A DNA stretch of 61,248 nt, filler included. It is 5 parts of 5 records of this genome, joined end to end, with 100 filler letters (N's around TTAATTAATTAA, not from the genome) between each part and the next. Parts side by side here need not be neighbours in the genome. Positions count along the whole stretch, not along the records: positions 25,973 to 39,548 come from SRR31156797_14617; positions 39,649 to 47,084 come from SRR31156797_14626; positions 47,185 to 53,541 come from SRR31156797_14630; 2 more parts are not named here. One strand, 5' to 3'. The notes beneath the pieces are model-generated. The model saw only the letters and a list, made by a program, of their open reading frames with translations. It was not told where the DNA came from and ran no database searches. The position numbers were made by a program, and so were the translations under genes. Shown in pieces: positions 37,063 to 47,765 of the stretch (positions are counted from its first letter, which is position 1; each line of letters opens with the position of its first letter).

Positions 37063-38692
37063 AATGATAAAAGAACTTGGCTGTCTGGTTCCTATGATGA
37101 TTTTGACAATTATGCTTGGAGTAATTGGATACTTAGCTGCTACTGCTATTCCTGTTGCTTCAGTTGTTGCTGCAGTAAATTTCATAGGGGATGAAGTAAT
37201 CATAAGCATTAAGACAGCGATTATAATAATTGTTATAAGTGCTGTTTTGAGGGGAGCAGCGAGATATGGAGAGCAATTGTCAGGGCACTATATAGCCTTC
37301 AAAATACTAGCAGAACTGCGTAATAAATTATTTACCAAATTGAGGGCTCTAGCACCTGCAAAGCTGGATACTAAGGAAAAAGGGAATATAATATCAATAA
37401 TCACATCTGATATTGAATTAATGGAAGTCTTTTATGCTCATACTATTGCGCCAGTTATAATTGCGGTATTTACTTCAGTGATATACTCTTTTTTTCTGTA
37501 TAAAATCAATGTTATATATGGAGTATTTTCGATTGTTTATTATATGATTTTAGGCTGGGTTTTACCAAGTTTCTTATGCAGTGCAGCAATTAAACCAGGA
37601 CAAAGAACAAGAGATACTTTTGGTAAGAATAATTCCTACTTACTGGACTCATTACGAGGCATTAAGGAGATAATTCTCTTTCGAAATCAGGAAAAGGTAC
37701 TGAATATCATTGGCGAAAATTCCAAGGAGTACTCTAAAAGTGCTGAAATCGTAAAAACAAAAGAAGGAACAGGAATGGCTATTACTAATCTGTTGATAAC
37801 TTTGGGTATATTTATCAATCTGGTAATAGGATACAGTCTTTGGGGTAGCAGTGCTGTCAGCATATCTGGAGTTATCATTGCGCTGGTTCTTTTTGCTTCG
37901 TCTTTCGGACCTGTTTTAGCTGTGTCAACGCTGTCAACTACATTGACTTCGACATTAGCTAGTGCAAGACGAGTTTTTGATATATTGGATGAAGAACCTC
38001 TTGTTAATGAGGTATGTGGTGAAATGGATATTTTAGCAGAGACTATTGAGTATTCAGATATCGTATTCTCATATCCAAAGCGAATCCAAAGGGTAATAAA
38101 TCATTTAAATCTATCAATTGAAAAAGGTGAAAAAATTGCTGTTGTTGGTGAAAGCGGATGCGGTAAGAGTACTTTGGTAAAGTTATTGATGCGATACTAT
38201 GATGCGGATAAAGGCGATATAACGATTGATAAATGCTCTACAAAAGATATTCCATCATCATCGCTAAAAGATATAAATGGCTATGCATCTCAAGATACTT
38301 TTCTTTTTAATGATACCATTGAGAATAATATTCGAATGGGGAATGCAGCAGCAAGTCACAGTCAGGTAGAGGAGGCAGCTAAGAAAGCAGCAATTCACGA
38401 TACAATAATCTCTTTCGAAAATGGGTATCAAACCATAACTGGGGAACTAGGCAGCAGATTATCTTCTGGTGAAAAGCAGAGAATTGCTCTTGCAAGATTG
38501 TTTCTAAAAGACAGTCAGGTGATGATATTTGACGAACCTACAAGCAATCTTGATATATTGAATGAAGCAGAAATACTAAACAGCATACGAAATCATTGTT
38601 CTGACAAAACAATTATTCTAATATCTCATAGGAAAACTACTACGGGAATCTGCGATAAATTATATGAAATAAAAGAGGGTAGTATTGTTTAG
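37031..38692 (+). CDS. ABC transporter fused permease/ATPase (CydC-like partner)
   Basis: RYGEQLSGH, GESGCGKST, LSSGEKQR, FDEPTS; GGAG RBS and GTG at 37031. Confidence 0.9.
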   Translation: MKKKDYWVFLRMIKELGCLVPMMILTIMLGVIGYLAATAIPVASVVAAVNFIGDEVIISIKTAIIIIVISAVLRGAARYGEQLSGHYIAFKILAELRNKLFTKLRALAPAKLDTKEKGNIISIITSDIELMEVFYAHTIAPVIIAVFTSVIYSFFLYKINVIYGVFSIVYYMILGWVLPSFLCSAAIKPGQRTRDTFGKNNSYLLDSLRGIKEIILFRNQEKVLNIIGENSKEYSKSAEIVKTKEGTGMAITNLLITLGIFINLVIGYSLWGSSAVSISGVIIALVLFASSFGPVLAVSTLSTTLTSTLASARRVFDILDEEPLVNEVCGEMDILAETIEYSDIVFSYPKRIQRVINHLNLSIEKGEKIAVVGESGCGKSTLVKLLMRYYDADKGDITIDKCSTKDIPSSSLKDINGYASQDTFLFNDTIENNIRMGNAAASHSQVEEAAKKAAIHDTIISFENGYQTITGELGSRLSSGEKQRIALARLFLKDSQVMIFDEPTSNLDILNEAEILNSIRNHCSDKTIILISHRKTTTGICDKLYEIKEGSIV

Positions 38693-38778
38693 GAATGAAC
38701 AGAGAGAAATCATTGCATGAGGAAAACCATAAACCAAATTGTATACATATAATGCTGTATTTTTGGTATTCTTATTTT

Positions 38779-39548
38779 TTAATAAAATAAACTGAACATA
38801 AAGTCAATAATGCGTTCAATCAATGTCCTATTGTCACCCGTTTTCGGATTGGTAAGTGTAAATGCGTTTTTGTTAATAACTGTAAAGGTGATTTTGGTAT
38901 CATCTGTATCATCCATATTAAAGATAAGATGGATGTTTTGTGTATAGTCTGTATATCTTAGATTGATATCGCTGTCATGTATTTCATATCCGGTGTATAC
39001 ACCTTCTGTAAAGATTAGGTCATATCGTCTGATTTCGGTTCCTGTATCATCGTTAATTACCAATGTGTGATAATCATATGCTATGTCTTCAAATGCTACT
39101 TTGCCAGCCGAATCTGTATCCATCCATATGGGATTGGAATATAGCGTTATCCTGTAACCGGGAATGCTGTTTCCGTCTGAATCCAGAAGTTCGCAGGACA
39201 AATTGGCAGTAAATGCATTTGGATCAGATTCGGGGTTATTAACGGTAATAGTACAGTAATCCTGATAGCCCATGTCATTTGTTGTAACATATATATGAGC
39301 AGTACCTGGGCTTAATGCAGTGAACTCTATAATGTATTCTTCTGTTACTGTGTATGAAACTACATTAGGATTATCACAGTACCATTCCACGCTTCTGTCG
39401 AATGCATCGTATGGAACTACATTGCAGGTCAGAGTATCTGTCTCATTTCTTATACATAATACGGCGTGTTTATCCAGAGAGACATCAGTGACATGCTGTA
39501 TTACAGTAATTGTAGCAATAGCGGTGTGATTACCGTCCTCTGTGGTTA
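38779..39548 (-). CDS. Surface protein with Ig-like (Big_2) repeats, 5' truncated
   Basis: Frame open to the contig end: TTEDGNHTAIATITV, VTDVSLDK...VEWYCDNPNVV, C-terminal NPKTGD. Confidence 0.75.
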
Positions 39549-39648
39549 NNNNNNNNNNNNNNNNNNNNNNNNNNNNNNNNNNNNNNNNNNNNTTAATTAA
39601 TTAANNNNNNNNNNNNNNNNNNNNNNNNNNNNNNNNNNNNNNNNNNNN
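39549..39648. other. Artificial contig spacer
   Basis: N44-TTAATTAATTAA-N44. Confidence 0.99.
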
Positions 39649-40572
<924 letters not shown>

Positions 40573-40713
40573 TTATCTTTTGATTAATATACTGAAGAAA
40601 CTCTTAGCAAAGCTAATTCGTTTTCGGGATTATATCCAAATCAACTAATAAGTTAGCTGAAAAGGATTTTTACACTTTTTGTGGTATGATGTGCAAAAAC
40701 TTTGGATCACTCT

Positions 40714-42477
40714 ATGGATTTCTTAAAAAAAATATATGAAGAACAAACCTCACCTATTGTCAAACTTATAGATGGTGAGTATAAACTTAGTAGTAAATAT
40801 AAAATAGGAACTATTGTTGTAGGAACTTCTCAGATTACTCTTGATATCAAAGGAAGTTCTCAAAAAATATATATAGAAAAAGAGTACCTAAATGGTGCTT
40901 ATAAAGGGGACTATGTCCTTGTACAAGTGATTTTTAATCCAAAAGGAAAAACCAAAGCGAAAGTCCTTCAAGTTCTTCAAAGAAGTAACTCTTCTATTTT
41001 ATGTTATGTGAAAGACAAAAATCTTTATTCTTTAAAAGAATCTTTACTAATTGAATGTGAGCAGGTAAATAATAAAGATGGGGATATAGTGCTTTTTGAA
41101 AATGGAAAGATTACTTCTAAACTAGGAACAATCAATGATCCAAAAGTAGATGAGCAGATCTCTTTATTTTTATATAATGAGCTGTATAGACTTGATGGAT
41201 TTAAAGAGGAGAGCTTTACTCCAATAAAACTTGAGGGAAGAGTTGATCTTACTCACTTAGATTTTTGTACTATTGATCCAGCAAGTGCAAAGGATCATGA
41301 TGATGCTATCTATTATGATGAAAAAACTTCTGAACTTTATGTAGCAATAGCAGATGTAAGCTCGTATGTAAAAGAAGGATCTAAGATTGATGAAGAGGCA
41401 TTAAAGCGATCTTTTTCTATCTACTTACCTCATAAAGTACTCCCTATGCTTCCATTTAGTCTAAGTACTGATCTATGCTCCCTTGTACCAAATAAAGTAC
41501 GTCCAGCATATGTATTTAAAATGAAGCTTGATGTAAAAGGGGTAAAGGTAACTAGATCAGAAGTGTTTGAAGCGAATATCGAATCAAAATATAAATACAG
41601 CTATGAGTATATAGATGAAGTTTTAGAAAAAAATGATGGGAATGATCTTCATGTAAAACTCTATGCTATCACTTCAAGATTTCGAAATAAACGATTAAAT
41701 AATGGATATGATTTTAGAAATGATGAAATACGAATGGGTTTAGATGAGAATGAAAACCTACAATCAATCCATGTAGAAAGTTCATCTCCATCACACTCAC
41801 TTGTAGAGGAGTGTATGCTTCTAGCAAATCAAGAGTCTGCTAAAAAACTAGGAAGTATTGGAATCTTTAGAGTCCATGAAGAGCCCTCAACTGCAAAAAT
41901 CAAAAAGCTTTTTGATGATCTGCGTGATCTAGGGATTGAAGCAAGATTGAAAAACAATCTTCATAGTACAATAGAAAGTATCCAAGCTAGAGCTGAAAAT
42001 TTGGGTCTAGAAAATGAAGTGGATGAGCTGATCATTCAAGCACAACAGCAAGCGACCTATAGCAATATTAAAGCAAAACACTTTGGACTAGGATTTAGTA
42101 ACTATTCCCATTTTACTTCACCTATTAGAAGATATGCAGACCTTGTACTTCATAGAATCCTAAAAAGTGGACAAATCCCTAGCAATATTGAAGAGATATG
42201 TGAAAAGATCAGTACGACTGAACGAGAAATTGCTAGCTTAGTTTGGGACTACGAAGATAGAAAATATGCAAGGGCACTTGATAAAGTAATAGGTCAAACC
42301 TTTGAGGGAAGAATTGTAGATATGGAAAACTGTATCGCTAAACTTATTGATGAAGATTATATGGGAGCTCGAATTGATATCGAAAACTATAGTGGAGAGA
42401 AACTATTTTTAAAAGTAAAGCTTCAAATTAAAAGTAGTAATCCTCTTACAAAAAGAATCAGTGCTATTATTGTTTAA
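40714..42477 (+). CDS. rnr: RNase R/RNase II family exoribonuclease
   Basis: TIDPASAKDHDDAI, VAIADVS, HFTSPIRRYADL; divergent from ilvC as in Campylobacterota. Confidence 0.9.
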   Translation: MDFLKKIYEEQTSPIVKLIDGEYKLSSKYKIGTIVVGTSQITLDIKGSSQKIYIEKEYLNGAYKGDYVLVQVIFNPKGKTKAKVLQVLQRSNSSILCYVKDKNLYSLKESLLIECEQVNNKDGDIVLFENGKITSKLGTINDPKVDEQISLFLYNELYRLDGFKEESFTPIKLEGRVDLTHLDFCTIDPASAKDHDDAIYYDEKTSELYVAIADVSSYVKEGSKIDEEALKRSFSIYLPHKVLPMLPFSLSTDLCSLVPNKVRPAYVFKMKLDVKGVKVTRSEVFEANIESKYKYSYEYIDEVLEKNDGNDLHVKLYAITSRFRNKRLNNGYDFRNDEIRMGLDENENLQSIHVESSSPSHSLVEECMLLANQESAKKLGSIGIFRVHEEPSTAKIKKLFDDLRDLGIEARLKNNLHSTIESIQARAENLGLENEVDELIIQAQQQATYSNIKAKHFGLGFSNYSHFTSPIRRYADLVLHRILKSGQIPSNIEEICEKISTTEREIASLVWDYEDRKYARALDKVIGQTFEGRIVDMENCIAKLIDEDYMGARIDIENYSGEKLFLKVKLQIKSSNPLTKRISAIIV

Positions 42478-42602
42478 AATTAGAGAATTTACAAATACCA
42501 ATCAGGATATTTCTAATAATTGAAAAATAGTCTAACTCTGCAAGGGTCAAGTAATTACTATTTTAGCTAGTAATACAACCATTTTCGTTAGTCTATAAAT
42601 AT

Positions 42603-42857
42603 TTAATAATGATATCTACACTGAGCTATTAAAATACTATCTTTAGTCACTTTATAAACTAACCTGTGTTCTAAAGTGATTCGTCTAGACCAATATCCAC
42701 TCCAATTATACTTCAAAGGCTCAGGTTCTCCAATACCCATAAAAGGATCTCTTTTGATCTCTTTGATAAGGGTATTTATTTTCTTTAATACTTTTTTATC
42801 ATGGTTTTGCCAATAAAGATAATCTTCCCAAGCTTGTTCTGCAAAAACTATCTTCAT
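42603..42857 (-). CDS. yoeB: Txe/YoeB-family toxin
   Basis: AWEDYLYWQ, GEPEPLK, WSRRI..EHRLVY, C-terminal RYHY. Confidence 0.95.
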   Translation of the reverse strand: MKIVFAEQAWEDYLYWQNHDKKVLKKINTLIKEIKRDPFMGIGEPEPLKYNWSGYWSRRITLEHRLVYKVTKDSILIAQCRYHY

Positions 42858-43108
42858 TCTTCTATAAGTTCTCTTTGCTTGCCTTGTCCAGCCTCTAATT
42901 CAGCTATAGCATTATTTAATCTTTGTGCATTATTCATACTTTGCATAAGATATGCTGTCTCTTCCATTGATCTATAATCTTCTAAAGAGATCATTACCAC
43001 AGCTTCTTTATTTTGTCGTGTGATTGTTACAGGAGTATGATTATCAACTACTTTATCCATCGTTTGGGATAAATGTTGTCTAGTATTTGAGAAAGTTTGT
43101 GTTTGCAT
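42854..43108 (-). CDS. yefM: Phd/YefM-family antitoxin
   Basis: TRQHLSQTMDKV, ITRQNKEAVVMISLEDY..MEETAYL; overlaps the toxin start. Confidence 0.95.
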   Translation of the reverse strand: MQTQTFSNTRQHLSQTMDKVVDNHTPVTITRQNKEAVVMISLEDYRSMEETAYLMQSMNNAQRLNNAIAELEAGQGKQRELIEE

Positions 43109-43124
43109 TAAAGTATCCTTAACA

Positions 43125-43154
43125 AAAATATGTACACATTTTAGTACATATTTT
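43125..43154. promoter_or_regulatory. YefM operator
   Basis: AAAATATGTAC-N8-GTACATATTTT; TGTACA and AGTACA cores 12 bp apart. Confidence 0.7.
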
Positions 43155-43304
43155 ATTAATTGTCACTTATAATTAGCTGTTATAATTATCTTGTATTGAG
43201 TAAGTTTAAATTTTGATTAAACTACTCTTCTAAGCTCTTAACTTTTCAATCCTTTTATAATTAAAAGTTATACTTCTAAATAAACAACTTTAAAGGAGTT
43301 AACA

Positions 43305-43625
43305 ATGGATATTCGAGGAACAAGCTATAGACAAGTTGCACATATGGAATTTGTAGGTGAAGAGAGAGATAAAATGTCAGAGCTTGAAACTTTTTGGGTT
43401 CAAACTATGGATAGAAAACACCAAAATCTACTTGCATATCAGCTAGATATTATGGTTGAAGAGATTGCCGAAGTATGTCAAAGAAAATATGTAGATATGA
43501 ATGATTTTTTTGCTTATACTGCAGAAAACGGTTCAGAGTGGATGGTATCTAAAAATCTTCAGATTCAAGATATGGATGAGTTTTTTAAAGTTTATCTTCA
43601 TGAAGATGAACTAGAAGCTGCTTAA
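43305..43625 (+). CDS. Hypothetical protein
   Basis: AAGGAG RBS, 106-aa acidic ORF followed by a terminator. Confidence 0.7.
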   Translation: MDIRGTSYRQVAHMEFVGEERDKMSELETFWVQTMDRKHQNLLAYQLDIMVEEIAEVCQRKYVDMNDFFAYTAENGSEWMVSKNLQIQDMDEFFKVYLHEDELEAA

Positions 43626-43639
43626 AAATAGCTCTTTAT

Positions 43640-43673
43640 AAAATAGTGAAAATATAAATTTTCACTATTTTTT
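43640..43673. terminator. Bidirectional terminator
   Basis: AAAATAGTGAAAAT-ATAA-ATTTTCACTATTTT. Confidence 0.7.
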
Positions 43674-44981
43674 CTATTCAAACTCTAATTGTTTAAAAAG
43701 AGTTGCAATATTTTGTTTTCCTAATTCTCTAAATGTATCAAGGTGTTGATATGGTGTCATATCAATAGCATATGCTTCATTTAATCCTCCACCATCATCG
43801 ATAACAGCTAAGATCTTTTCTCGCATATATTCAAGATAGTCTTTTGTATATTTTGTTACTGTTTCCATATCTGTTGTATCACCATGTCCTGGTACTACGA
43901 TTTTTGCTCCAAGTGCTGCAAATCCTTTCCAAGCTTCAAGCCATTTATTTGTCTCTGTTATCTCAAAAATAGGGAGTAGTCTTTGATTAAAAGCAAGGTC
44001 ACCTGCAAATACTATTTTCTCTTTTGGTAACCATAGTGCAATATCACTATGCTCATGTGCATATCCAAAATATTTTGCTTCAACGATCCTATTTCCTAGA
44101 TCTATTTTATAAGTATCTTTAAATGTTACATCTGGAAGAATGATCTTTGTTCCTAATATCTTATCAAGTTGTCTTTTTTCATATCTTTTTAAAATACTTT
44201 CACCAAGTTCTATGATCTCTTCTTTTGCAATCTCTTGGGCAATAATCGTTGCACCTTGCTCTTTCCAGTAATTACTTCCAAGCATTGCATGCCCCTGAGA
44301 GTTTTCTAAAACCACATATTTTACAGGTTTATCAGTGATCTTTTTGATCTCTTCGTGAAAAGCTCTTGCTAAAAGATATGAGGAGCTTGCATTCCAAACT
44401 GCAACTGCTTTATCTCCTACTACAAATCCAAGGTTATTATTATGTCCTGAGTTTTCATAGCTTCCTGGGCTTGTTTGTCCAATAGAAGTATAAACACCAT
44501 CTGCTACCTTTTCAAGAGGACTATATAACATAGATTCAGGATATCTATCAAGAGAACTTGTAGCTAGTCCTGCTTTTTCCCATCCTTTGTAGCTATCTTT
44601 ATAATGAAGGACATTTTTATATCCCATATGTTGTAACTGTTTTGCAGCTAAGAGGCTGATCTCACCAGTATAACAATGTACTACAAAGGTTTGATCTTTA
44701 TTCACTTCTTGATGGATCATAAATTCCATTTTGTCTCTAGGGATATTAAAAACTCTATTCGCTTTTATATATCCACCTTGTTTTAAAATATCACCACGTG
44801 TTCGTACATCTATGATCTGAAGGTTTGGATCTTTTTTTAATAAAGCTTGTAACTCGTTGGTATCAATACTTTTTACTGTCTTTTTTGCTTCTTTGATAAG
44901 ATCATCTTTACTAGCAAAAAGTGTTGTTCCTAATAAGCTTATAATAAGTAGTGTTTTAAAAAATATATTTCTTTTCATCAA
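43674..44981 (-). CDS. Exported rhodanese + MBL-fold fusion (SoxH-like)
   Basis: Signal peptide; IIDVR, VHCYTG; MBL motifs AHEHSD, FAGDL, VPGHG. Confidence 0.8.
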   Translation of the reverse strand: MMKRNIFFKTLLIISLLGTTLFASKDDLIKEAKKTVKSIDTNELQALLKKDPNLQIIDVRTRGDILKQGGYIKANRVFNIPRDKMEFMIHQEVNKDQTFVVHCYTGEISLLAAKQLQHMGYKNVLHYKDSYKGWEKAGLATSSLDRYPESMLYSPLEKVADGVYTSIGQTSPGSYENSGHNNNLGFVVGDKAVAVWNASSSYLLARAFHEEIKKITDKPVKYVVLENSQGHAMLGSNYWKEQGATIIAQEIAKEEIIELGESILKRYEKRQLDKILGTKIILPDVTFKDTYKIDLGNRIVEAKYFGYAHEHSDIALWLPKEKIVFAGDLAFNQRLLPIFEITETNKWLEAWKGFAALGAKIVVPGHGDTTDMETVTKYTKDYLEYMREKILAVIDDGGGLNEAYAIDMTPYQHLDTFRELGKQNIATLFKQLEFE

Positions 44982-44994
44982 TTTCCTTTACTGC

Positions 44995-45699
44995 TTATTC
45001 TGGTACTACTGTTGTAAGGTTTACGATTGTCCATCCGTACATCCCTGCTCTATACCACTTTAATTTCTCTTTTGGGTATCCAATACTTCTTAGGTTTTCC
45101 ATTGCCCATGAAGATTGTGGACACCATGCACCATTACAAAAAAGCAATAAAGTTTTTGCATTTTCAAAGTTATACTTTTTCCCCTCTTTTTCTACTCCAA
45201 TTGTATCTAGTACAAATTCAAAGTCTATAACATTTTTTGGATCAAACTTTTTAAAAGGGATATTGATAGCTGTTGGAATAGTTCTTTTTTTATACCAAGC
45301 TTCCATTCTAGCATCAACTAAAAGAGCATCTGGATTTTTCCCATTTTTTTGAATAAAATCGATCACTTCAAGCTCACCATACGTTTCAATACCATCTTCC
45401 ATATTCATAGGAGTGATTTTTCCCATAGTTGTTAGGTATGTTTTGGTACAAGGATTTGGAAGAGTTTTATTTGCATAATCTCCACCCCAAACATTTTCAG
45501 GATCACCGCCATTTACCTTTGCACAGACAGCATCTGGTCGTCTTTGGATATTAACACTCTTTTCCTCTCCTGAATCATCTTCATATTGGATATTAATACC
45601 ACCATTTTTTAAAGGGTTTTTTGGTTTTTCTTGAGCAAAAGAAATACCTGTCCCTAACAACAAAGTTCCAATAAGAACTCCAGCAATTTTTTTATTCAT
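44995..45699 (-). CDS. Exported rhodanese-like protein
   Basis: Signal peptide; LVDAR, TIPTAINIP, FCNGAWCPQS, WYRAGMYGW. Confidence 0.85.
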   Translation of the reverse strand: MNKKIAGVLIGTLLLGTGISFAQEKPKNPLKNGGINIQYEDDSGEEKSVNIQRRPDAVCAKVNGGDPENVWGGDYANKTLPNPCTKTYLTTMGKITPMNMEDGIETYGELEVIDFIQKNGKNPDALLVDARMEAWYKKRTIPTAINIPFKKFDPKNVIDFEFVLDTIGVEKEGKKYNFENAKTLLLFCNGAWCPQSSWAMENLRSIGYPKEKLKWYRAGMYGWTIVNLTTVVPE

Positions 45700-45813
45700 A
45701 CAACTCTCCTTTATTTTTAATATGATAAGTTTTAATTATAAACTTACAGGATTAATACTATCTTAACAGATTATTAATACTAACTTAAACAAAGAATCTG
45801 ATATAATTGCTTT

Positions 45814-46794
45814 ATGTATAAAAATCAATTTGATAAAGAACTCTCAAATAATATCCTTTATAATGCTTATATGTTTTATGGAGAGTGTGATTACTTAGTA
45901 GAAAAATATGCTTCAAATGTTGCAAACATTTTAAGCAATGGAGAAGATATCCATAAAATATATTTTGACGAATATAACTTTAAAGAGTGTGATAATTTTC
46001 TCTCACAATCCTCTTTATTCTCATCAACAAATATCTTACTTGTAAAAACTGTAAAAAAGATCCCTAAAAAAGAGGTCGATGAACTTATTGCTATTTGTAC
46101 CACTAACCCTGATAGTAAAATAGTCTTTGCATGTATCGGTGATACAGATTTTAAAACAATGGCAAAAAGTTTTACTAAAAAAACCAACTCTGTAGAAGTG
46201 CGATTTTTTACTCCTAATGATAATGAAGCGATGAATCTATTAAATCAAGAAGTAAAAAAGAAAAACCTTCAATGTGGTGTTGGAGAACTTCAATACCTTT
46301 ATAATATGCACCAAAAAGATATCGCACTTTGTGTGAATGATCTTGATAAACTCTCCATTATCAATAAGCCACTTACAATTTCTACGATCAATGCCCAGTG
46401 TTTTGGTATGGGTGCCGTAAATATAGAAGAGTTTTTTCTAAAGCTTTTTAGTGGACAACACATCAATAGAGATCTTTATATGATCTTAGAAGAGGGGATG
46501 AATGAGGTACAGCTGATAAACCAAACTCTTTCATTTATCCAACAGCTTTTTAATATCAATACCTACGTTAAACTCTATGGAAAACTTGATATCGTAGAGA
46601 TCTGGGGATATAAGCTTCCTACACCTATTGCAAATTCTCGTGCAAATGTGGCTATGAAATATCACCAGAATGATATTTTATCTATGCTTGAATATTTTCA
46701 AAATATAGAACTACAACTCAAAACAAAAACAAATTTAGATATAAATAGTTTTACCCAAGCTTCCTTTAGAAACTTTTCAGCAAGTTTAAGATAA
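45814..46794 (+). CDS. holA: DNA polymerase III delta subunit
   Basis: MYKNQFD, YFDEYNF, LSQSSLF, NDLDKL; position before rpsF. Confidence 0.82.
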   Translation: MYKNQFDKELSNNILYNAYMFYGECDYLVEKYASNVANILSNGEDIHKIYFDEYNFKECDNFLSQSSLFSSTNILLVKTVKKIPKKEVDELIAICTTNPDSKIVFACIGDTDFKTMAKSFTKKTNSVEVRFFTPNDNEAMNLLNQEVKKKNLQCGVGELQYLYNMHQKDIALCVNDLDKLSIINKPLTISTINAQCFGMGAVNIEEFFLKLFSGQHINRDLYMILEEGMNEVQLINQTLSFIQQLFNINTYVKLYGKLDIVEIWGYKLPTPIANSRANVAMKYHQNDILSMLEYFQNIELQLKTKTNLDINSFTQASFRNFSASLR

Positions 46795-46895
46795 AATTCG
46801 CCTCCCAAAGAGTGTTTTGTATTTTTTTACAAAACATCTTGACCTTACTGAATGGTGCCAACTATTCGGTTATATAACCAAAAGGAGAAAACTAA

Positions 46896-47084
46896 ATGGC
46901 TAGAATTAGACATTATGAAACTATGTTTATCGTAAAACCTACGTTAACAGAGGAAGAGACACAAGCTCAAATCGCTGGTGTAAAAGAAAGAATTGAAAAA
47001 AATGGTGGTGAGATCGTATCGTGTGATGATATGGGAACTAGAAACCTTGCTTATGAGATTGAAAAACAAAAAAGAGGTTACTAT
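46896..47084 (+). CDS. rpsF: 30S ribosomal protein S6 (3' truncated)
   Basis: [29 protein letters not shown]. Confidence 0.96.
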
Positions 47085-47184
47085 NNNNNNNNNNNNNNNN
47101 NNNNNNNNNNNNNNNNNNNNNNNNNNNNTTAATTAATTAANNNNNNNNNNNNNNNNNNNNNNNNNNNNNNNNNNNNNNNNNNNN
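47085..47184. other. Artificial contig spacer
   Basis: N44-TTAATTAATTAA-N44. Confidence 0.99.
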
Positions 47185-47765
47185 ATAAAGGCTCTGCACT
47201 GGACTCTTAATCCGGTGAGTATAAACGATCTGTTTTGTCACCAGAAAACTATTATTATTCGCTAGTATACCAACCATAATCTCACAGAACTCGCAAGGGA
47301 AGATAGATTTTATAGCGAATAATAATACCTCATGCCTCGGTTCTGGCACCATGGTATTTTTCCATTGTATCCCCCCAGTTTAAAGATACCCTGAGATCTT
47401 CGGAAATGAGAATTATTTATTAAGGTATTTTCTATTAAATTATATAAAGGTACCTAGGAAGGGCAGTAAACTAATCCTTCAAGTGTGCTAATTGATGGGA
47501 GAAGGTCAAGGCCGAGATCAAAGGTATAATTGAAATATTGAGTAAAGGGTAGTTTTTGTTAAGAACATTTTCAGATATAATTTGATAAGTATATGAAAAA
47601 CAATGGAATATAGGCATTTCTAAACTATAAATTATCGTTTTGATTTGTTATGATTCTATCTTAATTTAATAAGTAATAATAAAAAAGATTGAGAAGTGCA
47701 GCTATAGAATTGCTTATGACGGAAGTTTTTATCTATTTAGGAATAGAATAATTATCAAAAAGGAG

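Noticed and set aside
47185-47365. Possible gene start at the beginning of contig 4 (minus strand)
   Set aside because: The ATG with the best RBS hits a stop after 11 codons and the alternative frame has no recognisable motif; stop-codon reassignment does not rescue it (TAA run).
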